64,000 nt of DNA from Thermoplasmatota archaeon (GCA_029762535.1 JARVGK010000003.1:73216-137215), one strand, 5' to 3'. Shown: positions 18,909-29,277, counted from the first letter of the stretch. Numbers and translations: made by a program. The notes: a model not told the origin generated them from the letters alone.

Positions 18909-21206
18909 TCAAGGATAGGAGCCGTAGCACTGCTGCATGATATGATACGACGCTTTGAGCCTGGGCACATATTCGGGTATGTCCCAGTTATCCCAACCAT
19001 AGAACATGAAGTCCACTCTCCTGAACACGCCTGAGAGGGGGCGGGGGATCGAATCGGATATCGGGGGGTGATTCGTCCCGTGACTAAAATTTCCGAATGC
19101 ATCAGGCTTGTAGGTGATGACGGCGAGGTGAATGCCATCTATCCTCTGGCTCGCCTTCAATCCATCCCTCCACATATCCCCCATCACCTCCTTTCTTGAA
19201 GGGTCCCTGAAGTTTAAAAGCAGCCAGGGGATCCTCATCTCTAAGGAGTCATCCCCCCATGAGATATCGGCAAGGGAGTTGTAATTGGGCATGGCCGGGT
19301 CCGCCACCCCCCATCTCAGCTTGCCGGTCTCGTGAGTGGAGAAGTTCGCGCTGATGTTGAACCTCTCGATAATATAACCGCGTTCATGCGTGAGTTCTAT
19401 GGTGTGGAATATGCCATTGTCCTTGCGGTTTGCATATTCCACGATCGGGATGACGCCTTCGTCCACCGCGTAATCGTAATGGTTGACGTCGTAGTACGAA
19501 TCGACGATGACCCTGGACTCCTCTCCGTTCAGTTGGATGAGGAAGTCTATACCCCTCTCGGATACGATCCCCGATCCGAAGGGCATGACATGTACGCCCT
19601 GGTCCTGAACCGTGTCGAGGAGGACCATCGTCCTCATCCTCGACCAATCGGGAGGGCCCTGAAGGTCCATGTATTCCAGCCTGAGGTAGAGATAAGCGGC
19701 GTCATGGTGTACTTGAACGGCCTGGAGATCCCTGCCGTCGTCGTACCCGTCATCGAATATATTGTAGCGGGATCCGGCCGTCCTTCCGAGGGGGTCCACC
19801 CTTTCCCAATCGCCGGAGGATCCGTCGATGACGATACGATGCTCGGAGACGGGATCGAAGGCGAGCATGCCGTAGCATTGTTCGCACGTCTGTACATCGT
19901 TCCAGTAAGGCCTTCTTCCCGGGTTCATGTAGTCCATGGTGTTCCATGCCCGCTTGAACCATTCGTCCTGCCACGAGAACAGAAGCCCTCCTGCGTAACC
20001 CTCATCAATAATATCGTTGAACAGTGAGGAAGTATAGGCTCCCTGTTCTTTTTCCGTTAAACCCCCATGGTGCATCCCATTGTTATTGAAGTGAGCGATC
20101 CCACGAGAGGAACTTATACCATATTCCGCGACCAGTATCGGAATGGAAAGCGTCTTTTTCAGGTCATTCAGGTATGATGCATAGGGGGAGGCCCTTCCAT
20201 ATTTTGATATGTAATTTGCATAAGAGGGATCCAGATTAAGGAAATCTGGATAGTTGGGATATACATGGTATGAGGCGAAGAAACCGGGATAGAAATGGGA
20301 CTTAACACGAAAATGCCTATCATCGATAGTCTCCCAATCATCATACAGCCTGGGTTCATATTTATGCTCCAGAGGATCGGTGGTTGGCCAGTTGATAAAG
20401 CTTTGAGCCCTCTGACAGTCGTAGTTGTCATATTCATAACCTGCGCAGAAATCCATCATCCTGGCCAGCCAGATCTCCATCGGGCTTGCCTCCACGGTTC
20501 TGAAGAACCTTCCATCGAGCTGGTGGATCCCCCGGTTGTTGGAATTGGTCCCGTTGACGATGTAGGGATCGTATTCGATCCCGAGGATGTATCCAAGGAC
20601 ATATTCTGAAACATCATGCCTGTATATGCCGTCGGCGATCCCCACGGTCGGTTCGACCTTCCTGTTGCCGTGGATTATGTCAACGGCCATGGCGATGTTG
20701 TCTATGAATACCGTGCTTACCTCATCATCGAAGGCATCGCAGCGCTCATGGATCGCGATCTCGTCCAAGGTCACGCCCTGGAAGAGGAATATCGGATCGG
20801 GGCGCACTCTGTTGTACTCGAGCAAGGCCCTGTAGAAATCCGGAGGGTGATGCGTGTATATCCTGACGGCGTTCGCGTTCATCTCCCCAATGAGTCGGAA
20901 CCAATCCCTGTATTCGGAATAGGTTATCGCGGCCTCCCCGGGGAAATATCCCGGCTTGGCGGCCCCCATGTTCACTCCTTTGATGATGATGTCCGTCCAT
21001 ATACCATCCTTCATGATCTGGAAACGCTCCTCTCCCACCCGGGACGTGATCCATGCCCCTTTTCCCCCGACATCGAAATATGCCCCCTCCATGTGATAGC
21101 GGGGGATCTCCCTGTCCCTGATCAAAAGAGGCCTCACGGCGAGGGCCGAGAGCAGCAGCATCCCGGCAATGAATACCGCATACTTTAGAGGACCTTTCCA
21201 CTCCAT
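18909..21206 (-). CDS. membrane-anchored putative TIM-barrel glycoside hydrolase (GH-A clan-like)
   Basis: N-terminal TM; IKGVNMG, NANAVRIYT, SYHVYP, LVAEYG, FSWQDEWFK motifs. Confidence 0.7.
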   Translation of the reverse strand: MEWKGPLKYAVFIAGMLLLSALAVRPLLIRDREIPRYHMEGAYFDVGGKGAWITSRVGEERFQIMKDGIWTDIIIKGVNMGAAKPGYFPGEAAITYSEYRDWFRLIGEMNANAVRIYTHHPPDFYRALLEYNRVRPDPIFLFQGVTLDEIAIHERCDAFDDEVSTVFIDNIAMAVDIIHGNRKVEPTVGIADGIYRHDVSEYVLGYILGIEYDPYIVNGTNSNNRGIHQLDGRFFRTVEASPMEIWLARMMDFCAGYEYDNYDCQRAQSFINWPTTDPLEHKYEPRLYDDWETIDDRHFRVKSHFYPGFFASYHVYPNYPDFLNLDPSYANYISKYGRASPYASYLNDLKKTLSIPILVAEYGISSSRGIAHFNNNGMHHGGLTEKEQGAYTSSLFNDIIDEGYAGGLLFSWQDEWFKRAWNTMDYMNPGRRPYWNDVQTCEQCYGMLAFDPVSEHRIVIDGSSGDWERVDPLGRTAGSRYNIFDDGYDDGRDLQAVQVHHDAAYLYLRLEYMDLQGPPDWSRMRTMVLLDTVQDQGVHVMPFGSGIVSERGIDFLIQLNGEESRVIVDSYYDVNHYDYAVDEGVIPIVEYANRKDNGIFHTIELTHERGYIIERFNISANFSTHETGKLRWGVADPAMPNYNSLADISWGDDSLEMRIPWLLLNFRDPSRKEVMGDMWRDGLKASQRIDGIHLAVITYKPDAFGNFSHGTNHPPISDSIPRPLSGVFRRVDFMFYGWDNWDIPEYVPRLKASYHIMQQCYGSYP

Positions 21207-21336
21207 TGAGCCTTATGAGCCGCATATCATAACTTAAACGTTGTCCAGTCATTCTCCTCGGCCCCCCAACATGGCCGACCGGATCCAAATCGTTGATTAT
21301 TTATGCCGCGTGCCCGATACGTGGCGGAGGTTCAAA

Positions 21337-21903
21337 ATGACGACCAGGAAGACCCATATAGTGTTCGATCTGGAGGCCACTTGCTGGAGGGAAAGGGGGG
21401 ATCCCGATCGAATGGAGATAATAGAGATCGGAGCGACAAGGCTCGATACGGTCTCATTCGACGTCACGGAGGTGTTCTCCACCTTTGTGAGGCCTTTGAG
21501 GGAACCTCAACTTAGCGATTTCTGCAAGGAGTTAACCAGCATCAGGCAGTCCGATGTTGACGGCGCCCGCCTATTCCCTGAGGCCATGACCTCCTTCCTA
21601 GGGTGGATCGGGTCCGTTGATGCCGTTCTCTGCTCATGGGGGGCATATGACCTCAAGCAGATGAGAACGGACCACAGCAGGCACGGTATGCCCGAGCCCG
21701 ATATCCTGAACGATCATATCAACCTAAAACAGCTTTATGCTGACCTGTTCAAAAGGAAACGATGCGGGATGAAGAAGGCCCTGGAGCAGCTGGGGATCCC
21801 GCTCGAGGGGACACATCACCGCGGCGTGGACGATGCCAGGAACATCGCGAAGATCGCCAAAGTGATACTGCCGATGTACTACGATCGAAATTCCGATCGA
21901 TGA
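21337..21903 (+). CDS. DEDDh 3'-5' exonuclease (ERI1/KapD-like)
   Basis: FDLEATC, EIIEIGA, SWGAYD, GTHHRGVDDARN; GGAGG SD upstream. Confidence 0.9.
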   Translation: MTTRKTHIVFDLEATCWRERGDPDRMEIIEIGATRLDTVSFDVTEVFSTFVRPLREPQLSDFCKELTSIRQSDVDGARLFPEAMTSFLGWIGSVDAVLCSWGAYDLKQMRTDHSRHGMPEPDILNDHINLKQLYADLFKRKRCGMKKALEQLGIPLEGTHHRGVDDARNIAKIAKVILPMYYDRNSDR

Positions 21904-21909
21904 GGGAAT

Positions 21910-21981
21910 GGCAGGGGCGGCCGAGGGTTTTCATGGGGTGAGTGTGGTTCGGGAGGCCAAAAAGAAGCGGCCGCTCCTGCC
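21910..21981 (-). ncRNA. candidate small RNA, copy 1
   Basis: 14-bp terminal stem enclosing a C/A-rich loop; paralog at 22700-22770; TATA-like box 40 bp upstream on the minus strand. Confidence 0.5.
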
Positions 21982-22049
21982 CGGCTTCCTTATCCTTGAG
22001 AATAATACGTCACTGAAGGGTATATAAGATTTGTAGTACAACGTTCGTA

Positions 22050-22697
22050 TTGAGATCCTTTCATGCGTTCGGGATAAATACGCTGACGGCATCACCCGAT
22101 GTTATGGATCAGGTCCACAAGCAGTCATATGGATTCTCCTGCGGCCCTGCCGCACTCCTCTCAGTTCTTCACTGGATGGACCCGTCCATTCCGCTCGAGC
22201 ATGACGTGGAGTTGGACCTCTGGAGGGATGCCAACCTCGGAGAGTCCCGGGCCACCTCCGCACACGGATTGGCCCTCGCCGCGCTCAGGTTGGGCTTCAA
22301 GGCCCGGATCATCGCGAGCGGCGAGGGAATAGGTTTCGATGGGAGGTTGATGGAGCATTTCCCATCGATCCGCCCGGAATTGCTCCATGCCCTGTTCGAT
22401 CACACCAGAAGGAGGTCCTTATCCTTGGGACTCATAGAGGAGATCGCACCCGTAACGCTTGATATCATCGGATCGCATATAGGGTCCGGTCATCTTCCGA
22501 TAGTTCTGATCTCGACCTCTCTGATGGGGGAGGATCCGGGGATCCCGCACTGGGTGGTCGTTGTCGATGTGGATGATGGGATAAGTATCGCGAATCCGGA
22601 GACCGGAGGGATCGAGAATCATTCCATTCAAGAATTCTCGAATTCATTCGGTTATGACGGATACTCCGCTTGCGTTCTGGTATGGAAGGAAGAATGA
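22050..22697 (+). CDS. peptidase C39-like (DUF3335-type) protein (start uncertain)
   Basis: QSYGFSCGPAAL, ELDLWRDAN, HGLALAA, PHWVVV motifs. Confidence 0.75.
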   Translation: MRSFHAFGINTLTASPDVMDQVHKQSYGFSCGPAALLSVLHWMDPSIPLEHDVELDLWRDANLGESRATSAHGLALAALRLGFKARIIASGEGIGFDGRLMEHFPSIRPELLHALFDHTRRRSLSLGLIEEIAPVTLDIIGSHIGSGHLPIVLISTSLMGEDPGIPHWVVVVDVDDGISIANPETGGIENHSIQEFSNSFGYDGYSACVLVWKEE

Positions 22698-22699
22698 TC

Positions 22700-22770
22700 G
22701 GCAGGAGGGGCGGACAAGAAGGGTTTGATGATGTGTGGTTGGAGGCTTACAATATTCGCCTCCTCCTGCC
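22700..22770 (-). ncRNA. candidate small RNA, copy 2
   Basis: Terminal GGCAGGAGG/CCTCCTGCC stem; loop shares GCCTCC, AACCACAC and AAACCC with copy 1; TTTATAAA 39 bp upstream. Confidence 0.5.
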
Positions 22771-22845
22771 CAAGTGTAGTCTCTGAAGGAAAAGACGTTC
22801 TTTAACCCTTTATAAACCTATTGGTACACTTTAGGATTGAAAACC

Positions 22846-23751
22846 CTATCTATCCGCTTTGACCTTCATGGATGGAGGTACCCTTGCCCAGCTGTGGAGG
22901 GCGATCCCGGCCGTTATCAGGACCAATCCCGCAAGGGTCGTGAGTAGTATCTTCTCCCCCAGGATCAGGTTTATGAAAACCAAAGACAGAAAAGGCCCCA
23001 GATAGATCAGGCTGGTGATGCGCGTAGTGTTCGAGCTCAGGGTCAGCGCCCTCATCCATAGGAAGAACGTGACACCCATCTCGAAGATCCCGACGTAGAT
23101 GGCAGCTCCTATGGGGATGATCCCTGTTATCGTTGGTCCGCCCGCGATGAGAGCTATAACGGCCAGGATCGGGATGGAAGAAACGAAGGACACGAGCATC
23201 ACCACGTCCCTATCCCTTCTCTCCTTCAGCATGGCTATCCAGTAGATGGACCATAATATCCCGGAGGACAGGGCGAGGACGACACCCATTGCGTTGGGGA
23301 CATCGCTGAACAAAAATCCCTTCGTCGATATTACCATCACTCCTGCGAATCCAAGAAAGAGAGCCGCGATGTTCAATGCCCTCAATCTCTCCTTTAAGAA
23401 CACTATCGACAGGAGGCCCATGATCATGGGCCATGTATAGTTGAGAGGCTGGGCCTCCTGCGCCTTCAGCAGGTCATATGCATTGAAGAGCACTACGTAA
23501 TAGAGAACCGGGTTGAGGGTTCCAAGAATGCAGAATTTCAAGAGCCTGAGCGGGGGCAGGTTCCGGACCCGGGAGATCCCCCCGTTCAATGAGACAACGA
23601 TGAGAAGGGATAGTGACGATGCGCATGTGGCAATGAACAGCAACGTGTACGGGTCAAGATAGCCAAGTGCGATCTTGAAGGCGGTGGCGACGGTGGACCA
23701 TATTGCGACAGCGGTCAGGGCGAACAGGTATGCCTTGCCTTGGTCATTCAC
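22846..23751 (-). CDS. EamA/DMT-family transporter
   Basis: About 10 TM in two repeats; WSTVATAFK, AQEAQPLNYTWP. Confidence 0.88.
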   Translation of the reverse strand: MNDQGKAYLFALTAVAIWSTVATAFKIALGYLDPYTLLFIATCASSLSLLIVVSLNGGISRVRNLPPLRLLKFCILGTLNPVLYYVVLFNAYDLLKAQEAQPLNYTWPMIMGLLSIVFLKERLRALNIAALFLGFAGVMVISTKGFLFSDVPNAMGVVLALSSGILWSIYWIAMLKERRDRDVVMLVSFVSSIPILAVIALIAGGPTITGIIPIGAAIYVGIFEMGVTFFLWMRALTLSSNTTRITSLIYLGPFLSLVFINLILGEKILLTTLAGLVLITAGIALHSWARVPPSMKVKADR

Positions 23752-23858
23752 GAGTCCGAAGAGATGCAATAGGTATAATAATGATCTTATATGATGCAAA
23801 AAGTAAAACTATAATAGATAAAAAGGTCATGATATCGCATCAGATAAGGGGGTTTCAA

Positions 23859-24197
23859 ATGGCGAAAGACGATCTGGAGAAAGAGCTGAAGAAGAAGGCC
23901 AAGAAGGCCAGGAAGAAGGCAAAGAAATTCGCTGAGGACATCGGAGAGGACATATCCAAGGTGGATCTGGAGAAGGAGGCGCTGGAACTGGTCAGGGGCG
24001 TCGAGTCGGCATTCTTCGCCATGTCCGAAGACCTCAAGAGGAAGAGGGAGGAGATGGAGGCCAAGGGGGTAAAGGACACAGTGAAGAAGGACGCCAAGAG
24101 GACTGCCAATACCGCCAAAAAGGTCGCTTCAGAGGTCATAGACGATCTGGAGAAGGCCCTGTCAGAACTCAGGGATAGCATAGATAAGGCAGAATGA
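23859..24197 (+). CDS. hypothetical Lys/Glu-rich coiled-coil protein
   Basis: Highly charged helical ORF with an SD-like sequence upstream. Confidence 0.7.
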   Translation: MAKDDLEKELKKKAKKARKKAKKFAEDIGEDISKVDLEKEALELVRGVESAFFAMSEDLKRKREEMEAKGVKDTVKKDAKRTANTAKKVASEVIDDLEKALSELRDSIDKAE

Positions 24198-24212
24198 TGC
24201 TTTAGAGGATAC

Positions 24213-24572
24213 ATGCACTCGAACTGCACCGTATACAAGACCATGGACTTCCTCGGCAAGAGATGGACCCTCCTCATCTTGCTCGAGCTATACAAGGGCA
24301 GGGAGGAGACCAGGCGCTTCTCCGAGCTGAAGGGGAAGCTCCCGGATATCACGCCGAAGATGCTGTCATCGAGACTCAAGGAATTGGAGCGGGAGGGCAT
24401 GATAGAGCACACGATCGACGATTCGACCAAACCCTCGAAGAGCATGTACACTCTCACCCAAAGCGGCAAGGAGTTCATGGCCGTGATCGGCGATATCAAA
24501 TCATGGGCCCTGCGCTGGAAGTTCGATGACCCTGTGTGTGGATCGCTCGAGTGCAAGGATTGCCAACTATAG
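24213..24572 (+). CDS. HxlR-family winged-helix regulator
   Basis: LGKRWTLLILLEL, RRFSELK..LPDITPKMLSSRLKELE, YTLT..G. Confidence 0.92.
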   Translation: MHSNCTVYKTMDFLGKRWTLLILLELYKGREETRRFSELKGKLPDITPKMLSSRLKELEREGMIEHTIDDSTKPSKSMYTLTQSGKEFMAVIGDIKSWALRWKFDDPVCGSLECKDCQL

Positions 24573-24584
24573 AATATATATTAT

Positions 24585-24608
24585 ATATCGAATACATATT
24601 TTCGATAT
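24585..24608. promoter_or_regulatory. inverted repeat, candidate operator upstream of the GT2 gene
   Basis: ATATCGAA-N8-TTCGATAT in an AT-rich spacer. Confidence 0.4.
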
Positions 24609-24652
24609 TACAAATCACAAATCATTTATAACAGTAATAAATCCAATACAAC

Positions 24653-25942
24653 ATGCAGCGCGGGACTGGCCTTAAGAATGCACTTATCATATCGATGGTC
24701 ATACTTCTGGCCCTCTTCGCAGGTTTTTTATGGTACACGTTCAAGTTCCGGTCCCTTTACGGGGTCGTATCCCCGGTGTTCCTTACGCTTGCGGTCCTCT
24801 ACACCCTGCTGATACTCGTCTATCTGCCTATAAGGATCATACTCTACACCCTCTACAAGCCTTACGAGGACAGGGGTTACCGCCCGTCGGTGACGGTCGT
24901 CGTCCCGGCATACAACGAGGGTAAGTTCATAGAGAGAACGATAGACGCCCTGGTCCAGAGCGATTATCCGAGGGACAAACTGGAGATCGTCGTTGTGGAT
25001 GACGGGTCAAAGGACGAAACATACAAGCACATTCTCAATGCATCCTCCCGTCATCCTGGATGGATCCGCTCGATCAGGTTCGATAGGAACAGGGGCAAGA
25101 GGGAGGCCATGGCCGAGGGGGTCTCCAAGGCCAAAGGCGAGATAATAGTCTTTATAGACTCCGACACGAGGGTCGATAAGGACTCCATAAAACATCTGGT
25201 CGCTCCCTTCGAGCGGCCGATAGTGGGCGGGGTCACGGGCAAGGTAAAGGTCCACAACTGGAAGACCAATTTCCTCACAAGGATGATGGCGGTCCGTTAC
25301 ATCATGTCCTTCGACTTCTACAGGAGCACGTCATCTGTGTTCGGCGGGATCAGCTGCCTGAGCGGGGTGATCTCCGCATACAGAAAGGAGATACTCGATC
25401 GGGTCATTCCGGCCTGGAGGGACCAGCATTTCCTTGGCCGAAAGTGCACTTTCGGCGACGACCGGTCCCTCACCAACCACACTCTGAGGCTAGGCTACCA
25501 TACGGTCTATTCAAGAAAGGCCGTGGCCCACACGCTCGTCCCTGAGAGCTTCGGAAAGATGGCGAGGATGCTCATCCGTTGGAACCGCAGTTTCACCAGG
25601 GAATCCATAATCCTTTTCGGATATCTCCTGAAATGGAAGGTTATTAAGAAAAGGAAGCTCCTGTTCTACGAGTCCGTGGGCAATGTCGTACTTCCGTTCC
25701 TTATGATGCTCATCCTTTTGACGCTCTACGTCAAGGTTATAATGGACCCGTTCTATCTGCTGACGGTGACTGCCTCGGTCATCGGCATGTCCATGATATA
25801 CATGCTGTTCTACATACGCTCCGAGAGGAACTGGCAGTTCGTGTTCGGGATCGCCTACGCGTTCTTCTACATGTCCGTCCTCATATGGCTCCTGCCTTAC
25901 GCGATGATGACCGTTGGCAGGACGGGATGGGGTACCAGATAA
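24653..25942 (+). CDS. GT2 processive glycosyltransferase, hyaluronan-synthase/NodC-like
   Basis: VPAYNE, VDDGS, FIDSD, CLSG..SAYR, FGDDRSLTN, RWNRSF, WGTR terminus; flanking TMs. Confidence 0.88.
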   Translation: MQRGTGLKNALIISMVILLALFAGFLWYTFKFRSLYGVVSPVFLTLAVLYTLLILVYLPIRIILYTLYKPYEDRGYRPSVTVVVPAYNEGKFIERTIDALVQSDYPRDKLEIVVVDDGSKDETYKHILNASSRHPGWIRSIRFDRNRGKREAMAEGVSKAKGEIIVFIDSDTRVDKDSIKHLVAPFERPIVGGVTGKVKVHNWKTNFLTRMMAVRYIMSFDFYRSTSSVFGGISCLSGVISAYRKEILDRVIPAWRDQHFLGRKCTFGDDRSLTNHTLRLGYHTVYSRKAVAHTLVPESFGKMARMLIRWNRSFTRESIILFGYLLKWKVIKKRKLLFYESVGNVVLPFLMMLILLTLYVKVIMDPFYLLTVTASVIGMSMIYMLFYIRSERNWQFVFGIAYAFFYMSVLIWLLPYAMMTVGRTGWGTR

Positions 25943-26192
25943 GCCCCTTTTGTGAGGATCTAATTATTGAAGAATAACGTAATTCAGTAATTGGTCATAG
26001 CGTTCTGCGCTAATGCTATAATAGGTTTGCTTAAGGGCTATATATCACGCATCGAATGGATATTTTAACGGTTCGGAACCAAAAAAGGGCAATCTATTTA
26101 TAGTTACAAGCAATAAATATATATATGGCTTCTTACGTTCGGATAATCCCGATATAAAAAACCAACTGTCTATGTCCTGGGAGGTATGCAAC

Positions 26193-27122
26193 ATGGTAGA
26201 TAAGGTCCAGGTAGAGGAAGTCACGAAATGCCCCGAATGCGGTTCCGAACACATAATAAGGGATTACGAGAGGGGCGAGCTTGTTTGCGGAGACTGCGGA
26301 GTGGTAATAAACGACCTGCAGATAGACATGGGTCCCGAGTGGAGGGCCTTCGATTCCGCCCAGGGAGAGGCCAGGGCCAGGACCGGAAGCCCCATCACCC
26401 TCACAAGGCATGACAAGGGGCTTTCCACAGAGATAGGGTGGAAGAACAAGGATTCCTACGGAAAGTCCATTCCATCCCGTAACAGGGCTCAGATGTATAG
26501 GCTAAGGAAGTGGCAGAGGAGGATCAGGGTCAGCAACGCCACGGAGAGGAATCTGGCCTTCGCGCTCTCCGAGCTTGACCGTGTAGCATCCGGGCTCGGT
26601 CTACCCCGCAATATCAGGGAGACGGCCGCTATGATATACAGGAACGCGGTGAACAAGAACCTGATCAGGGGTAGGTCCATTGAGGGTGTTGTAGCGTCAT
26701 CCCTTTATGCGGCATGCAGACAGTGCAACGTCCCCAGGACGCTAGATGAGATATCAGCGGCATCCAGGGTGAGCAGGAAGGAGATAGGAAGGACCTATCG
26801 GTTCATGACCAGGGAATTGAACCTCAAGCTAATGCCCACATCACCTCAGGATTACGTGTCAAGGTTCGCATCCGAGCTCAAGCTCTCCGGAGAGACGATA
26901 ACCAAGGGTTACGAGATCCTGAAACAGGCGGACCAGCTGGAGATCACTTCAGGCAGGGGGCCAACGGGCATGGCCGCCGCGGCGATATACATAGCCTCCA
27001 TCATGACCTCGGAGAGGAGGACCCAGAGGGAGGTCGCAGACGTCGCCGGGGTTACGGAGGTCACCATAAGGAACCGCTACAAGGAGCTTGCGGAGCAGCT
27101 CGGGATCGATCTCGAGATATGA
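26193..27122 (+). CDS. tfb: transcription initiation factor IIB
   Basis: CPECGS...CGDCG zinc ribbon, GPEWRAF, cyclin repeats, [13 protein letters not shown]. Confidence 0.97.
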   Translation: MVDKVQVEEVTKCPECGSEHIIRDYERGELVCGDCGVVINDLQIDMGPEWRAFDSAQGEARARTGSPITLTRHDKGLSTEIGWKNKDSYGKSIPSRNRAQMYRLRKWQRRIRVSNATERNLAFALSELDRVASGLGLPRNIRETAAMIYRNAVNKNLIRGRSIEGVVASSLYAACRQCNVPRTLDEISAASRVSRKEIGRTYRFMTRELNLKLMPTSPQDYVSRFASELKLSGETITKGYEILKQADQLEITSGRGPTGMAAAAIYIASIMTSERRTQREVADVAGVTEVTIRNRYKELAEQLGIDLEI

Positions 27123-27138
27123 TCCAGGATAAGGTCGG

Positions 27139-27414
27139 GTGAGATATCTGAAGTTCGTACTCTATTCGCTGGAGAACTGCCCATTCTGCAAACATTTCAT
27201 TCGACTGTTCGCGAACGCATTGCCCGACGGAGAGATCGTTATGATGGACGGGCACGGCGACGGTCTTTGGATCGAAAGGGGGATCGATTTCGTCCCGACG
27301 GTCATAGCCTACGACAACGGGGCGGAGGTGGACAGGATCTCCGCGGTGAAGATGGTGGGGATCCGCTACGGCGTCTGGCAGGATTGGATAGGCAAATACG
27401 GGATAAAGTCATGA
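27139..27414 (+). CDS. thioredoxin-fold protein
   Basis: CPFC, FVPTVIAY. Confidence 0.75.
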   Translation: MRYLKFVLYSLENCPFCKHFIRLFANALPDGEIVMMDGHGDGLWIERGIDFVPTVIAYDNGAEVDRISAVKMVGIRYGVWQDWIGKYGIKS

Positions 27415-27505
27415 TCCGCTCTACAACTCCACCCCTTATTAAAGTAAACGTTGATATATTTTAATATACCACTTAGAACATCTCCTTATTAAAGAGGTTT
27501 TTAAG

Positions 27506-28654
27506 ATGGCTAATAGGGTCAGGGCGGGTACATACAGAGATACTGAGGAAGGTTACAGGGCCTTCGATCCCTTTCCGGTCCCGGATATCGACGATATCGT
27601 CCTCGATAGGGAGATGCTGATCGCCCTCTCGAACGCTTCGATCTCGATCGGGAAGCTGGAGGGCATCTCCGGATCGGTCCCCGAACCGGATCTTTTCGTC
27701 ATGATGTACCTCAAGAAGGAGGCGGTGCTTTCGAGCCAGATCGAGGGGACGCAGGCCTCTCTGATGGACGTTCTGGAGTATGAGGGTCGAGCCCTTGACC
27801 CCAATGAGATGGCGGACCTGCCCGAGGTTCTCAATCATATCTCGGCGATGAGAAGGGGTGTCGAGAGGATAGGCAGTGGTGAACCTCTCGACCTTGGATT
27901 GATCAGGGACCTTCACAGGACCATGATGAGGGGCGGGCGCGGAGGGGACCTATCTCCAGGTGAGTTCAGAACGGTCCAGAACTGGATCGGTCCCAAGGAT
28001 GGACCATTGAACGATGCCGTTTATGTACCGCCGCCCCCTGATGCGATAAAAGGTGCATTGGAGGACCTGGAGTCGTATATCGGCCGGGGTAACGCCGCCC
28101 CGCCTCTGATCAAGGCGGCCCTTTCCCACGTCTGGTTCGAATCGATACACCCGTTCCTCGATGGGAACGGCAGGGTAGGAAGGCTGTTGATAACATTGAT
28201 ACTTCACAAGGATGGGGTCCTGAGTCGTCCCCTTCTATATCTTTCACATTATTTCAAGAGGAACAGGTCAGCATATTACGATAGATTGCAGGCTGTGCGG
28301 GACGGAGATGATATCGAGGGTTGGCTCGGTTTCTTCCTCAAGGGCGTTTCGGCCGTCTCGGTCGAATCCCATGCAAAGATATTGCAGATCACCGTACTCA
28401 GGGACCGCTGTAGAAAGAACGTAATGGACGGACTTGGTCAGTCGTCTGCGGCGGGAATGCGCGTACTTGACGCACTTTTACACAGGCCCGTCATAAACGT
28501 GAATTACGTCATGGAGGTCACGGGGCTCACCTACCCTTCCGCGAACAAGCTGACAGGGGACCTTATGGGTTTGGATATCCTCTCAGAGGTGACCGGGAAC
28601 AAGAGGAACCGGGTCTTCGAGTTCAAGGAATACATGGACATTCTCGAGAGATGA
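27506..28654 (+). CDS. Fic-family protein with an intramolecular inhibitory motif
   Basis: HPFLDGNGRVGR catalytic motif; N-terminal SSQIEG; C-terminal HTH-like region. Confidence 0.93.
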   Translation: MANRVRAGTYRDTEEGYRAFDPFPVPDIDDIVLDREMLIALSNASISIGKLEGISGSVPEPDLFVMMYLKKEAVLSSQIEGTQASLMDVLEYEGRALDPNEMADLPEVLNHISAMRRGVERIGSGEPLDLGLIRDLHRTMMRGGRGGDLSPGEFRTVQNWIGPKDGPLNDAVYVPPPPDAIKGALEDLESYIGRGNAAPPLIKAALSHVWFESIHPFLDGNGRVGRLLITLILHKDGVLSRPLLYLSHYFKRNRSAYYDRLQAVRDGDDIEGWLGFFLKGVSAVSVESHAKILQITVLRDRCRKNVMDGLGQSSAAGMRVLDALLHRPVINVNYVMEVTGLTYPSANKLTGDLMGLDILSEVTGNKRNRVFEFKEYMDILER

Positions 28655-28719
28655 TAATTAAAATATTTTGGTCTTTTCTTTAATATGGCAGAAAGTCCAG
28701 GCCTTTTATTGAACCAGAA

Positions 28720-29226
28720 TTAACTATGGACAGGGCCGCTATGCCGCAGAAGGATCTCCACCGTCCATCTTGCCGCCCTACCCGCAACGGAGGTGCACTT
28801 GTCCTCATGACCTCCTGCTTCCTCGAATTCGATGTTGCCCTCCCTGGTCCGAAGATCGAAGGAACGGCCCATTATTCTCTCCTGGATGTCGGAGCATGTG
28901 ATGCTCCCGTATTCCTCTATGAACCTCTCATACAGCTTTATCGAGAGCCTGTAAGCGTCCCGGAACTCCCTCTCCTTTCCGAAGCCGTCGACCGGACGGC
29001 CGTAGAGGAGGCCGATCGCCATCAACCCTCCGGCAAGGGCCCCGCAGGTGCCCCGCCCGGAAAGGGCCGATCCCCCGGCAAAGGTGTAGCCAGACCTGAC
29101 CACATCATCGGGGATCCCCCCAATGGTCTCCCTGACCGCCATTAGGACGGCCTGGGTGCACCCGCCGTATCTCCTCTCGTACTCGAAGGCCACGTCATAT
29201 GCCCTGTCGGGGAGCGATCCGTCCAT
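28720..29226 (-). CDS. C_GCAxxG_C_C-family putative redox protein
   Basis: GCTQAV, TCGALAGG, SITCSDI, DKC. Confidence 0.88.
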   Translation of the reverse strand: MDGSLPDRAYDVAFEYERRYGGCTQAVLMAVRETIGGIPDDVVRSGYTFAGGSALSGRGTCGALAGGLMAIGLLYGRPVDGFGKEREFRDAYRLSIKLYERFIEEYGSITCSDIQERIMGRSFDLRTREGNIEFEEAGGHEDKCTSVAGRAARWTVEILLRHSGPVHS

Positions 29227-29277
29227 GAACGATGAATGCGCTGGTCGGATTTATCATTTGACATCTCTTGAACGGGA

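Noticed and set aside
21901-22770. SECIS-like readthrough, since both hairpins follow TGA stops
   Set aside because: Both proteins are complete at the TGA, the readthrough sequence examined (after the exonuclease) is not protein-like, and no Sec-type motif context is present.
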